Origin: an uncultured Gammaproteobacteria bacterium
GTDB taxonomy: Bacteria; Patescibacteriota; Microgenomatia; Levybacterales; GWA1-39-11
Direction: 5' to 3'
DNA: 64,000 nt
NCBI GenBank assembly: GCA_964485575.1
Contig: CAZAJO010000004.1
Coordinates: 25,307-89,306, forward strand
The notes under the pieces are model-generated. The model saw nothing but the letters and a program-made list of their open reading frames with translations. It did not search any database and was not told the DNA's origin. Shown in pieces: positions 21,601 through 29,000 of this stretch; position 1 is the stretch's first letter; each line of letters begins with the position of its first letter. A program made the position numbers and the translations under genes.

Positions 21601-24600
21601 AATTCAACGCTAATGGAACTATACCTGCTTTTTCGACAAATCCTGCCTCTCTTCCTGATGGTCATCAAGGAAGCGGTATAACGTATGGTAATGGCTATAT
21701 CTATATTTCCGGAGGATTTGCTACTGACAATGTAGCTTATGGATCAATTGCAAGAGTGTCTCTAGCTGCTAACTTAGACCTGTTAGGGTTGACCTCAACA
21801 AGTATAGCGAGTTCATCTGGGCTTGCTGGTGGAGGTAGTATCTTTGCAGGTAATATATTTGCCAAAAATCTTGAGGTAGGTGGAAGCGGAACCGTTTGGG
21901 GAAATCTTGCAGTATCAGATACCCTTTCGGCCAAAACTCTATCAATTTCTGGTCGGATTACTGGTAAAGCCCTCACTATTATTAACGAAACAGGTAATCA
22001 GGCTATATTTTCTGCATCTGCTTCCGGAGTTACTAAATTTACCATCGGCAATGATGGACAAGTCATGATAGGCAACATTGCTGCTGACCCTTCAACTGCC
22101 TTGGGAGCAGGATCTATATATTACAACACAGTAAGCCAGGCTCTAAAATTCTATAATGGTTCGGCATGGGCCACAATAGGTACGGGGAGCTCATCGTCAG
22201 GTCCATTTGGAGTACTTCAAGGAGCAATCGTTCCGACAAATACGACGTATGACTTTCTCCTTGGAGGAACAGCAACATCCTCTGCTAAATTCGCCGTACT
22301 CAATCTTTCAGGAACAGCAACTACTGTTGCATCGGTATCTGGCAACTTGGTTGTTATGCCTACAAATGGTACAGGAGGACTCTTGTCGATTGGTACGACA
22401 AATCCTTCTTCCAAATTACACATATTTGAATCTGTTAGCGATGTTGCAGTAACTATCGAGACGCAAGGATCAAACAAAAGTGCTAACCTAAATCTGCTTA
22501 GCACCAGTAATACTGCAGGACAAATATCCCATTTTGCTTCAGGAGTACGACAATGGATGATTGGTAACAATGGGGACATCACAGCTGGTGGAATTGGCAT
22601 ATATACTACTTCAAGTAACGCTAACCGGCTTGCCATATCTTCTACAGGCAACGTAGGGATTGGAACGGCGCTCTCTCCAACAGGAGTAAATCCTACGTCC
22701 CCCCTTCAGGTATATGGACTGAGTACTCAACCTATCGCTTCAATATCAGGTAAAACTTCGGGACCAACCCTTCTTCTAACAAATGATGGAAGCGGTGACA
22801 TACTAGCCGCTTCAGTATCCGGAGTTCAGAAGTTCAGGATCAACGCTACTGGCGATCTTATTATTGGAGACGGATCAGGGAAAATATACGGAGGAGGATT
22901 TGACCCTCTCTATACAATCGATGGCAAGAAATTTTCTACATACGCTTCAAGCATCAATGGTATGAAAGAAGAATATATCGGTACTGCAAATCTTGCCTAT
23001 GATCCTGCCGCTGGAGGATATGCTTATACCCTTGATTTCAACAATTTTGAGTATGGTACTGAGTTATGGACTTTCTCTCGGGTAATCGATCCGGATCTTA
23101 CTAAGGTCAATGTACTTCTCACACCCACTTCTCAAGCAAGGACCTGGTTCAGGCGTGACCCGGTCAACAGAAAACTCATACTCTATTCAGACAGACCTAC
23201 GTCAGTCACATACAGGTTCACTGCACCTCGTTTTGATTATGCTTTGTATCCTTCTTCGGATCATTCCCATGATATTACTGGTTTACAAGCACCAGCGGCT
23301 CCAAACACTACCGGGACAGGTGAGGCTGATCCTATGGATTCTTTCTTTGCATCTCTTTCCATACAATTTAACAATGGGATGTTCACGATACTTGATGGAT
23401 TTGGCAACTTAGTTCATAGGGTCGATGGGTTCTCAAACCTCATAGCAGCAAATCTTGAGGCTGGTTTTATCCACGCAAGGAATTTGGCTGCAGATACTTT
23501 TTCAGCAGGAAGTGCATCATTGGGTAATGCAACAGCAAATACTTTTGCAGTAGCTGCGAATACAATCACTATTGGTGGACAAGATATCAGGCAATTTATC
23601 ATAGATACTGTTACTGCAGCAGGATTTGGCCAAAATACAATCATTTCCCCTCTTGCTGAGGTAGAAACAATAAAAACAAATACTATCAGGTCTCTTACTG
23701 AAGGTGGAGATATAAATGTGAAAGGAAAACTCATCACAGAGTCAGACAGATCGGCTACTGATAGTTCAGTAGTCTCACTTGACGTGAGAGGATCAGCAAC
23801 TATTTCAGGCTCACTAGCAACAAATTCTATCCAAACTAACGATGCGACTATAGCTGGAACCCTTCGCGCAGGAAACCTTATTGCTGACAATATCCAAGGG
23901 CTTGAGGATAAGATTTCCTCAGTAGCCTCACAATTCGTCAACAATCATGCAGCAACTCTAGCAGTAGGTACTGTACGGGCTGATTTTGGCATATTTGAAC
24001 AAGGAATAACCTCAATGGGACCAGTGACTGCCAATATCCTTACTGCAACAGATCAATTGGCCGTAGGAAATAACTTTACAATCTCAAACAATGCAATAAA
24101 TACAGTAGGATCTGATCTTGCCATACAGTCTTTGAGACAAGGTGCTATAGCATTTCAGGGTGGGCTTATCCGCATGGATACAGATGGCAATATGACGGTC
24201 AACGGTAATTTCAACCTTCTCGGCGAAATTGATGCGGTATACGGAGTATTTAGTGGTACTCTCACTACCCCAGCCCTTACTACAGATCTCATTTCACCTG
24301 TAGCTGATTCGAATATCTCTCTTTCATTCAAAGATTCTAAATTTAATATTCAGAATTCCAAAACTGCTTCCGGAAGTGCTGTGCTATCCATAGACAATAA
24401 AGGGAACATACAGTCGTCAGGATCTGCAACATTTGCAAAACTCAATTTCAATCTAGTTGGAAAGGCTGAAGCAACAAGTCTTTCAGAAGCGGTAGCTACT
24501 GGAAGCGCAGGTTTTGCTTCACTCAGAGCCGGACAACCAGAACTAACCATAAAGAACAATATCATTACATCAAAATCATTGATCTATATCACACCATTTG

Positions 24601-24737
24601 GAAATACTGACAACAAAGTCCTTTATCTTCTCCGCCAAATACCCGAATCAGAAACCGAGGATGGCTCTTTCACTGTCGGAGTTTCAGGTCCGGTCCCAAC
24701 ACATGATATGCAATTCAACTGGCTGATCGTGAACTAG
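12654..24737 (+). CDS. Giant membrane-anchored fibre/adhesin-like protein with two N-terminal integrase SAM-like (core-binding) domains
   Basis: 4027-aa ORF; aa about 1-220 two XerC/D N-domain-like repeats; TM at about aa 375-397; ILSFQGRLTD...PRQKIATVGYA domain; G/T/S/N-rich repeats (GNVGIGT); Kelch-like repeats at about aa 2725-3035. Confidence 0.85.
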   Translation: MELLELFKRQLASKSGSSSKNTIKNYVSDVRHFIAWFEAITGSKFDPSSVTTDVILLYQNGLGGLVLNGQLQSGTQLSASSMKRHLSSIRKFFTVLEAENVVRENPFTKIITEESVEPTDYWHLKSFKDYLMLGNASKITVKNYLSDISGFARWYEEAILPTIESPLSSNQGFYLITQSVVEDYRKRLVEIQNAAPRTINRKLSALRRYLEFATRKGFITNQEISVSSVEADIADDVADLPKVALSEMSEKLSPQKRSYSNIPPVRLIQKLLINPYLLLEEGAANAITGFLIGKKVTGIANLPQKLSAQIATKNALRIQNQGISTLLGVRNIEKEFYAPDKVSLSGLPVHQKLIHHVRFTRPNWYKRYHNYAFVHYVHFALLVIFAAGVGVALYQNLVVQKQTPTFAAATAPPRILSFQGRLTDALDNPITSPQPVRFMIYNSLAATGAAELWEETRTISPDQDGIFSVLLGSDSTGANASSCGSFPPGSPYNTACLIPSTVFSDNSQIWLGVTIANSTELAPRQKIATVGYATNSEFLQGLPPTSAVSSFVNAVLALDSTGSFNLNDGIEHTFQVSNGTLTLKAQTLNLTTSLGTNGNIILNPEGLGKVDIQKPIINNSNTGNLVRGGVEINDRFGVLATESAVAAFIVNNNTTGGDIFAASSSGTTKFKIANDGSITSGFYTGQNAVLYGTQTTGLIAQATTASTGLCLQSGASTPTWGTCGSSYWNLTTDNGALTPFSSTLDLLIGGQSTASAKFAFINNASGAPTASISGNLAIAVPTGASGANLFNIFNGGSLNFQTSGGGNAGLTSRLFIANDGRIGIATTSPIAKNALDVRGISGTGSTATISARSSFAALVVNNDGLGDIFAASASGVQNFVVKNNGDIIVGPDGGGKITAAIIDPYLVQNQKTTGITSLTLQTMGGAGADIIFSNQSSDLVHILQNGNVGIGVTNPTTAKLVVGGDIGADVVGRNIGSLSIPFNNLYANNIIATGPVSGFWGQTLGSLYPANPTVDLLIGSSATSTAKFAVLNINTGTPTASVSAQNAGGQALVLASDGSIQTTRRNSLAIGGSSTGSIQFLPNNNSVNLFLTGSNAAIGNQTPQAALDVSSSSLISSVVNKIVFGSIGTAMGSLGYDGSSFNEIRIGATSNVGLELITNDTVRGYFTATGLFGLGTVSPVAQLQVNGTNGSNATVIINQGNNGDILAASASGTTKFVIKNNGIASSSAGFTIDGLGALQSTNFQTLTIGGNSTGNVVVSPNNGSGQIQFTNFTSAGGLLYTGATGILAQTNVGSGTQCLLGGTTPTFGTCGGPFRELTAFGTIVESNTTEDFLLGGVATSSAKFAVLNIAGGTPTASVSAQNAGGQALVLGGDGTIQAVRNNNLTLGGNTTGSLVLAGTSIQLSATNPIIDLTTASTLSINTTTNRPITTGTGLTTLGGNLTVNGATTSLASTAITLTGSSPIIDLTSGTTLSINTTTNRPITTGTGLTTLGGNLTVAGATTTFSNATPVLTSNTDTSLTITPNGTGNLILTSDLDTGVKIGASTNTLAPLSVSGGIGGNALSIFNQINGTDILAASASGVSKFVIKNDGTASSSAGFTVDGIGTIQSTRNQTLTVGGGSTGNLVLGKASQTLTLPGFTTNGGLLYTNASGVLAQTGTGGATQCLLGGAGTPTFGSCGTGVNSSPFYEIPAPIGVIAQANLTEDFLLGGLATSSAKFAVLNIAGGTPTASVSAQNAAGQALVLSGDGTIQSTRNNSLTLGGNTTGSLVLAGTSVQLSATNPIIDLTSSSTLFINTTTNRPITTGTGLTTHNGNLTVAGATITFSNASPIITSNTNTDLTITPNGTGNLILTSDLDTGVKIGSSTNTIAPLSVSGGIGSNALAIFNQINGTDILTASASGVSKFVIKNDGTASSSAGFTIDGIGAIQSTRNQTLTVGGGATGNLVIGRTAQTVTLPGFTTNGGLLYTNASGVLAQTGTGGATQCLLGGAGTPTFGSCGTGVNSSPFYEIAAQGIIVQGNTSEDFLLGATATSSAKFAVLNIAGGTPTASVSAQNAAGQALVLGSDGSIQSTRNNNLTIGGNTTGSLVLPGTSIQLTGNNPVIDLTTASTLSLNTTNNRPITTGTGTFTVGSGGTGTIAMNGSAITTTTTSVSLFDANATTINFGRAGTNNINLGGTSGALNVGNGGSYTIQTTSNGQLNVSAGSGLLTLNTLSNGAVTTGNGLTTLGGNLTVSGTTISLAGTSPTISTTGSNSLTLTAAGAGSLTLSSDSDSSIFVGNATTPAPLSISGGIGNNAALVLNQLNSTGNIFSASASGVSKFVIKNDGTASSSAGFTVDGIGNIQSTLNQTLTIGGGSTGNLILGKAAQTLTLPGFTTNGGLFYTNASGVLAQTGTGGATQCLLGGAGTPTFGSCTGGSNTSPFYEFQGAIVPGNTTEDFILGGTASSSARFIVNGLATGISPTASISATNGNGIYLSAQNGTIQSLRNNTLSIGGNTTGIVAINPLAANFTGIGTSNPIASLDVRGSLGIIGGGTLAVASISGRTSYAALAVDNLSTVGDLFTASSSSNMQFVIKNNGFVGLATAAPTARLDVNGSASISSALTFRTGSGSIQTTALNSLNIGGSTTGNLIFNPNGNNLIGAGTSSPRASFDIRNALGVVGGGTFAIASVSGRTSFAALTVDNSLGDLFTASSSGLTRFAISQNGNVGIGTGTPLYAFDVNKKTAAFNSGQDGTISSWTNTTDTGLSGQLEQFGLVFINGYVYHVGGYDAPSVLDTVRYARVKNDGTLDNWVTSPNVLPEARLWHGTVTVNGYIYSIGGHSSVASPTNPAVYYTKVNSDGTISSWGSTTPLPSPRIRITHSVATANGYIYVVGGENSSAQTTVWYTKVNADGTLGPWLTGSSLPVATSDNAVVVDNGYIYSMGGLAPAATNAIYYAKINYDGSIGPWIGNPNNLASADSMHSGIVVNGFVYILGGINNSTTVYYAKFNANGTIPAFSTNPASLPDGHQGSGITYGNGYIYISGGFATDNVAYGSIARVSLAANLDLLGLTSTSIASSSGLAGGGSIFAGNIFAKNLEVGGSGTVWGNLAVSDTLSAKTLSISGRITGKALTIINETGNQAIFSASASGVTKFTIGNDGQVMIGNIAADPSTALGAGSIYYNTVSQALKFYNGSAWATIGTGSSSSGPFGVLQGAIVPTNTTYDFLLGGTATSSAKFAVLNLSGTATTVASVSGNLVVMPTNGTGGLLSIGTTNPSSKLHIFESVSDVAVTIETQGSNKSANLNLLSTSNTAGQISHFASGVRQWMIGNNGDITAGGIGIYTTSSNANRLAISSTGNVGIGTALSPTGVNPTSPLQVYGLSTQPIASISGKTSGPTLLLTNDGSGDILAASVSGVQKFRINATGDLIIGDGSGKIYGGGFDPLYTIDGKKFSTYASSINGMKEEYIGTANLAYDPAAGGYAYTLDFNNFEYGTELWTFSRVIDPDLTKVNVLLTPTSQARTWFRRDPVNRKLILYSDRPTSVTYRFTAPRFDYALYPSSDHSHDITGLQAPAAPNTTGTGEADPMDSFFASLSIQFNNGMFTILDGFGNLVHRVDGFSNLIAANLEAGFIHARNLAADTFSAGSASLGNATANTFAVAANTITIGGQDIRQFIIDTVTAAGFGQNTIISPLAEVETIKTNTIRSLTEGGDINVKGKLITESDRSATDSSVVSLDVRGSATISGSLATNSIQTNDATIAGTLRAGNLIADNIQGLEDKISSVASQFVNNHAATLAVGTVRADFGIFEQGITSMGPVTANILTATDQLAVGNNFTISNNAINTVGSDLAIQSLRQGAIAFQGGLIRMDTDGNMTVNGNFNLLGEIDAVYGVFSGTLTTPALTTDLISPVADSNISLSFKDSKFNIQNSKTASGSAVLSIDNKGNIQSSGSATFAKLNFNLVGKAEATSLSEAVATGSAGFASLRAGQPELTIKNNIITSKSLIYITPFGNTDNKVLYLLRQIPESETEDGSFTVGVSGPVPTHDMQFNWLIVN
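15650..20150 (+). repeat. Intragenic tandem repeats of about 1 kb in the giant gene
   Basis: SAKFAVLNIAGGTPTASVSAQNA-type motif near 15725, 16675, 17795, 18745; ASASGVSKFVIKNDGTASSSAGF and LAQTGTGGATQCLLGG each recur, near-identical at DNA level. Confidence 0.85.
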
Positions 24738-24769
24738 TATATGGTATGTAGTATTTTGTATATAGTATG
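24735..24769 (+). repeat. Heptamer tandem array, left of four-helix-bundle gene
   Basis: TAGTATA TGGTATG TAGTATT TTGTATA TAGTATG, running from the upstream stop to the ATG. Confidence 0.8.
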
Positions 24770-25132
24770 GGAAAAATAAGTACATTTACTGATCTTGAAA
24801 CCTGGAAAGAAGGTCATAAGCTAGTAATCGCTGTTTATAAAATTCTTCCAACCATTCCTCGCTCTTCATATTCGCTTATAGATCAATTATCTAGATGTGT
24901 AGTGTCTATTACTTCAAATATTGCTGAAGGCTTCTCGAGGCAAAGCAAAAAAGAAAAGATTCAGTTTTATCACATAGCAAAAGGCTCCCTTACTGAGCTT
25001 CAAAATCAATTGTTAATATGTCGAGATGTCCGATTTATAACACAAAAAGAATTCCTTCCGTTAGCTGAACAGACTATAGTTGTGGGAAAATTACTTACAG
25101 GACTTATTCGATCAGCGCAATCATATCAATGA
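24767..25132 (+). CDS. Four helix bundle protein (23S rRNA IVP / S23-like family)
   Basis: FTDLETWK...LIDQLSRCVVSITSNIAEGFSRQSKKEKIQFYHIAKGSLTELQNQL. Confidence 0.9.
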   Translation: MGKISTFTDLETWKEGHKLVIAVYKILPTIPRSSYSLIDQLSRCVVSITSNIAEGFSRQSKKEKIQFYHIAKGSLTELQNQLLICRDVRFITQKEFLPLAEQTIVVGKLLTGLIRSAQSYQ

Positions 25133-25140
25133 TTTTTGAA

Positions 25141-25168
25141 TATACTATATACGATATTCAATATACCA
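25141..25168 (-). repeat. Inverted heptamer array, right of four-helix-bundle gene
   Basis: TATACTA TATACGA TATTCAA TATACCA, reverse complements of the left-hand units. Confidence 0.75.
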
Positions 25169-25224
25169 ACTTTGCTTCGCAAAGGCTTGACAAGGGTAAA
25201 AAAATGAGCGTAATATAAAGATAT

Positions 25225-25920
25225 ATGGATCCAAATCAACCTGCCCAATCCAGTGAGAATTTACCTCCTAGAAAAGAACCCCATCTGCCTATATCTATGG
25301 CCGAAACCCACCCTGAAATATACAATGAAAACTCAACGACAAATTCAAAAAACACCCTCCTCACCCTCGCCTCACTATTGGTACTTGCCGGCATCGTCGG
25401 CATAACACTATTTTTATACATTCAGAATAAATCAGGAAAAATTGCGCTTAACAATTATGATAAAAATCCAAAAATAACTCCTCAACAACCTCAACCTACT
25501 CTTAGTATAGAGCAAAAAAAGACAAAATACGGAGTTATTTGTAGGAGATTTACGAGCATTGAACAAGCCCTGGCTCAACCAGAGGTTACCTGTACACTTG
25601 ATCTTTCAAATCAAGGATTAACGGAAATTCCAAAAGATATTGCTAAGCTTTCTTATTTACAAACACTTAATTTATCAAATAACAATATAACAAAATTCTC
25701 TGATGTTCTTGTTGATATGGACAATCTTCTCAGCGTTGATCTTAGTAACAATAATATCTCCTCAGCAGGGACTATCAAAAAACCTACTTCAAAAATTCTT
25801 CCTGATGGCCTTACATCTATGCATATTTTTCAAGTAGTTACTCTTACAGGAAACCCAATTTCTGAGGTTGAGAAATCAAAATTTAGATCTTCTATAGCGT
25901 CAAATAAAATTGTCTTCTAG
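25225..25920 (+). CDS. Membrane-anchored leucine-rich repeat protein
   Basis: TM then LDLSNQGLTEIP, LNLSNNNIT, VDLSNNNIS, LTGNPIS; TTGACA promoter element at 25187. Confidence 0.85.
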   Translation: MDPNQPAQSSENLPPRKEPHLPISMAETHPEIYNENSTTNSKNTLLTLASLLVLAGIVGITLFLYIQNKSGKIALNNYDKNPKITPQQPQPTLSIEQKKTKYGVICRRFTSIEQALAQPEVTCTLDLSNQGLTEIPKDIAKLSYLQTLNLSNNNITKFSDVLVDMDNLLSVDLSNNNISSAGTIKKPTSKILPDGLTSMHIFQVVTLTGNPISEVEKSKFRSSIASNKIVF

Positions 25921-26001
25921 GTTTATAACTTTTATAAATATTTGTCCCAATTTTTAAAATTCATTTAATTTAGAACAAACAATTATTTTACTTTCCTGAA
26001 G

Positions 26002-29000
26002 TTAATGACATGCTACGTTATATGAATGACTTGGGGAGACCTGTGATGTACACCCACTATTAGTAAAGTACCAATTAAAGTCGGTAAGACTGTAAGTACC
26101 TTGGTTAGAAGGCGCACTAGCCCCACAGGCCGATGGATGTTGACCAACAGTATGACCCGTACAATAGAGAATTGATCCAACTGAAGTACAAACACCAGTT
26201 CCATTATTATCTTTTATCCAGCCTGAACCAGTGGTAGTTCCAGTACAGTAGTCTACAGACTCTTTAACCGATGAGTTGTTACAATCATAGTCATAATCTC
26301 CATTCAACCCACTTCCTGTTGGGGTTGAGAAGTATAAGGTCTGTCCCGGAAATACATTTGCGTTAAGATCATAACAGTCAGCAGTTCCTGAAGCTGAAGC
26401 TCTGTATCCATATGCTAAGGATGAACCAGAGCAAACGGACTGAGAGCCACCGGTAGTGTAAGTGTCATTGTCTGCATCTGAGTATCCAGTTATATTTTGC
26501 CATTTCCCTCCATCGTCATAATTATTATTGTCACCATTGTTACCAGATTGTGCGCAATCTGTACCGGAAGACACACTTACACCAGGCCTTAAAGATGCAC
26601 CAGAACATATCTGTGATTGGAACGAAGGATTAACGCCGTCGCTATCGTTATCTGGATACCCTGTTGAAAGCATTTGATAGTAAGAGCTAGTAGTATCGTC
26701 ACAATCCGTATTATCGGTAGACCACCCTGAAGCAGGAGCTCCAGTTAAACACTGTACCTGCGATGTCTGAGCCAATGGTTTTATAGACATATTGATACCT
26801 AATATAGTTGTACCTCCAGGAGAACTCTGGTTAAACTGAGCCCAATAGGTAGCTTTATTTCCATTATATTTACGATATACTCCAACTAAAGAGTCATTTG
26901 AAGCATACTGAATAAAATAATCACTATACAATTCGTCCCCAAACCCAGGGGCTGAATAAAATACTTTTGAAGAACTCCCTGAATTAGACCCGCCAACTTG
27001 TAAATATAAATCGCCTGCAGTGTAGGCTATTGATGCATCTGAGACAGAATTATATGAACCAGCTGCTCTAATAGGAGCACTTGTTGCTACGTTACTAAAT
27101 GATGTAATAAATCCCTGAGAAGCACCGGTTGATGAGCTTAATGTGAACGCATATGAAGCCCCTTCACCGCTTGCATATTTGTACCAGACATCTAATCCGG
27201 TATTTGTTCCATTATAGGAACTTCTAACTAAATTCCATGTACCGCCACCCGCTGGAGCGCTGACTGTTCTATTACTCCCTCCTTCGTGCTCCACAACAGC
27301 TATCATAAACATACCATCGACTATATCAGCTGGTTTATTAATGGTTAGTGTCGTACCACTGGAAATCGATGCTTTAGTAGTAATCCCATTAGTAAAACTT
27401 GGTCCATTATTACCGTGTCCGTCCAAGTCATTATCAGAGTATACTGTTGTATTGGTACAGCTTGCCGGAGTTGTTAGATTAACTACATTTGATATTGCTC
27501 CTGCTCCTGCGGCATTTTTTGCCCTAACTGCATAACTATAATTTGTAGTTTGTGATACGGTTGAATCACTTAATGAGGTTGAAGCTGTGCTATTAAGCGT
27601 AGCTGAAGGGGTACAATTACCATTACATCTTAATAAGTCATATCCATTAGTAATAGCAGGTACCGCTCCACCTACTTGTGTTCCGCTCCACGATGCATCA
27701 ACCCTGTTGTAGACAGGTGCAGTTGCGCTAAACGATGAAGGTGCGCAAGGCGCACCGCTGGGATTGTCCTGACAGTCAGTCGTTGCTGAAAGTTTTTGCC
27801 CATCAGGAAGCCAGGTGTTCGCATTTGAGGTGTCTTTGTAATATGTTCTTCCACTCACCTGCGTTGGTGTTCCAACGCATTGCGCGGCTGCGGCTGCAGA
27901 GGTTTTATAACCATCATTATCTGCATCTGTTACTAATCCGTCAATAGTCCTAAAAGTGTAGGCGTTGTTAGGATTACAATCTACTGAAGCTGAAGCGCTT
28001 GCCATCTTCCAAGCATAATTATAATTTGTAGATAGGGTATTTCTTCTAACAAATTCAGATGCAGCTGATGGTGTTGAGCCTACATATTGGGTCTTGTCAT
28101 CCAGTATCCCATCACCGTCTTTATCATGGACAAATACTCCACCCTTCTTCAATGATCCTCCGCGGGCAATAACGAGTGATGAATTAGGCTTTTGGAGTTG
28201 GAAGCTTCCAAATGCAACTTGTTGTGAAGGACCAATTGTCATTTGCGCAGTTGTACTAAGAATTAGTGACCCTGTGTTAGTGGTTCCTGAACCTGTGTCT
28301 ACTCCATTGAAATTACCATTTAGGTTACAGGTTGCAGAGGCAGGAATTGTAAGATTTCCTGAAGCTGGTGGGTCGCAAGGACTTGCCGGACCGTCCCCTG
28401 TTGTAAATGTCGCAACTGTTGCTCCACCAGTCGTACCATTAGTATTTATAGCAAATGAGCAATACCAGTATTGTGTATTAGGCTCAAGAAATGTGTTGGC
28501 ATTTGGTGGTATGGTATAAGTAAATGTGTGTGGGCTACTATCTGCACCTATCACTACGTCATTTCCTGATGACTGAGGATACCGGATTCCAAGGCTGTCA
28601 CTATTACAATTTCCAGGAGTTGTAGTATACACCCTAAAGTGACCAGTTGAGGCTGAGGAATTAGGGTTGGCTACTCCAGACAGAGTTACGTAATACGAAT
28701 TGATACCTGTCGGTGAATTTGTGTCTACTCCAGTTGGATTTACATTCAAAGTAGTAAATGTTCCGACATTTGAATACCCATAACCCACCGAATTATGAGC
28801 ATACGCAACGAAAGAATAACCAGTATTTTGTGTAAGACCGCTTATTGTCTGTGTGAAGCCAGTTGTCGCTGTACCACCTTCAGGAGTACAAGTAACTCCT
28901 GTCCCACCAGATTGTGGATTTGAATTAGTTGTTGTTACTGAATAACAAATACCACGCGCGTCAATAGCTTGAGTTCCAGCTGATGTAACCGTGCCACCTA

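Noticed and set aside
14375-24565. Many antisense and alternate-frame ORFs inside the giant gene
   Set aside because: Expected by-products of G/T/S/N-rich repetitive coding sequence
24767-25132. Avd of a diversity-generating retroelement targeting the giant gene
   Set aside because: No reverse transcriptase and no repeat pair with adenine-specific differences seen; motif fits the generic four-helix-bundle family
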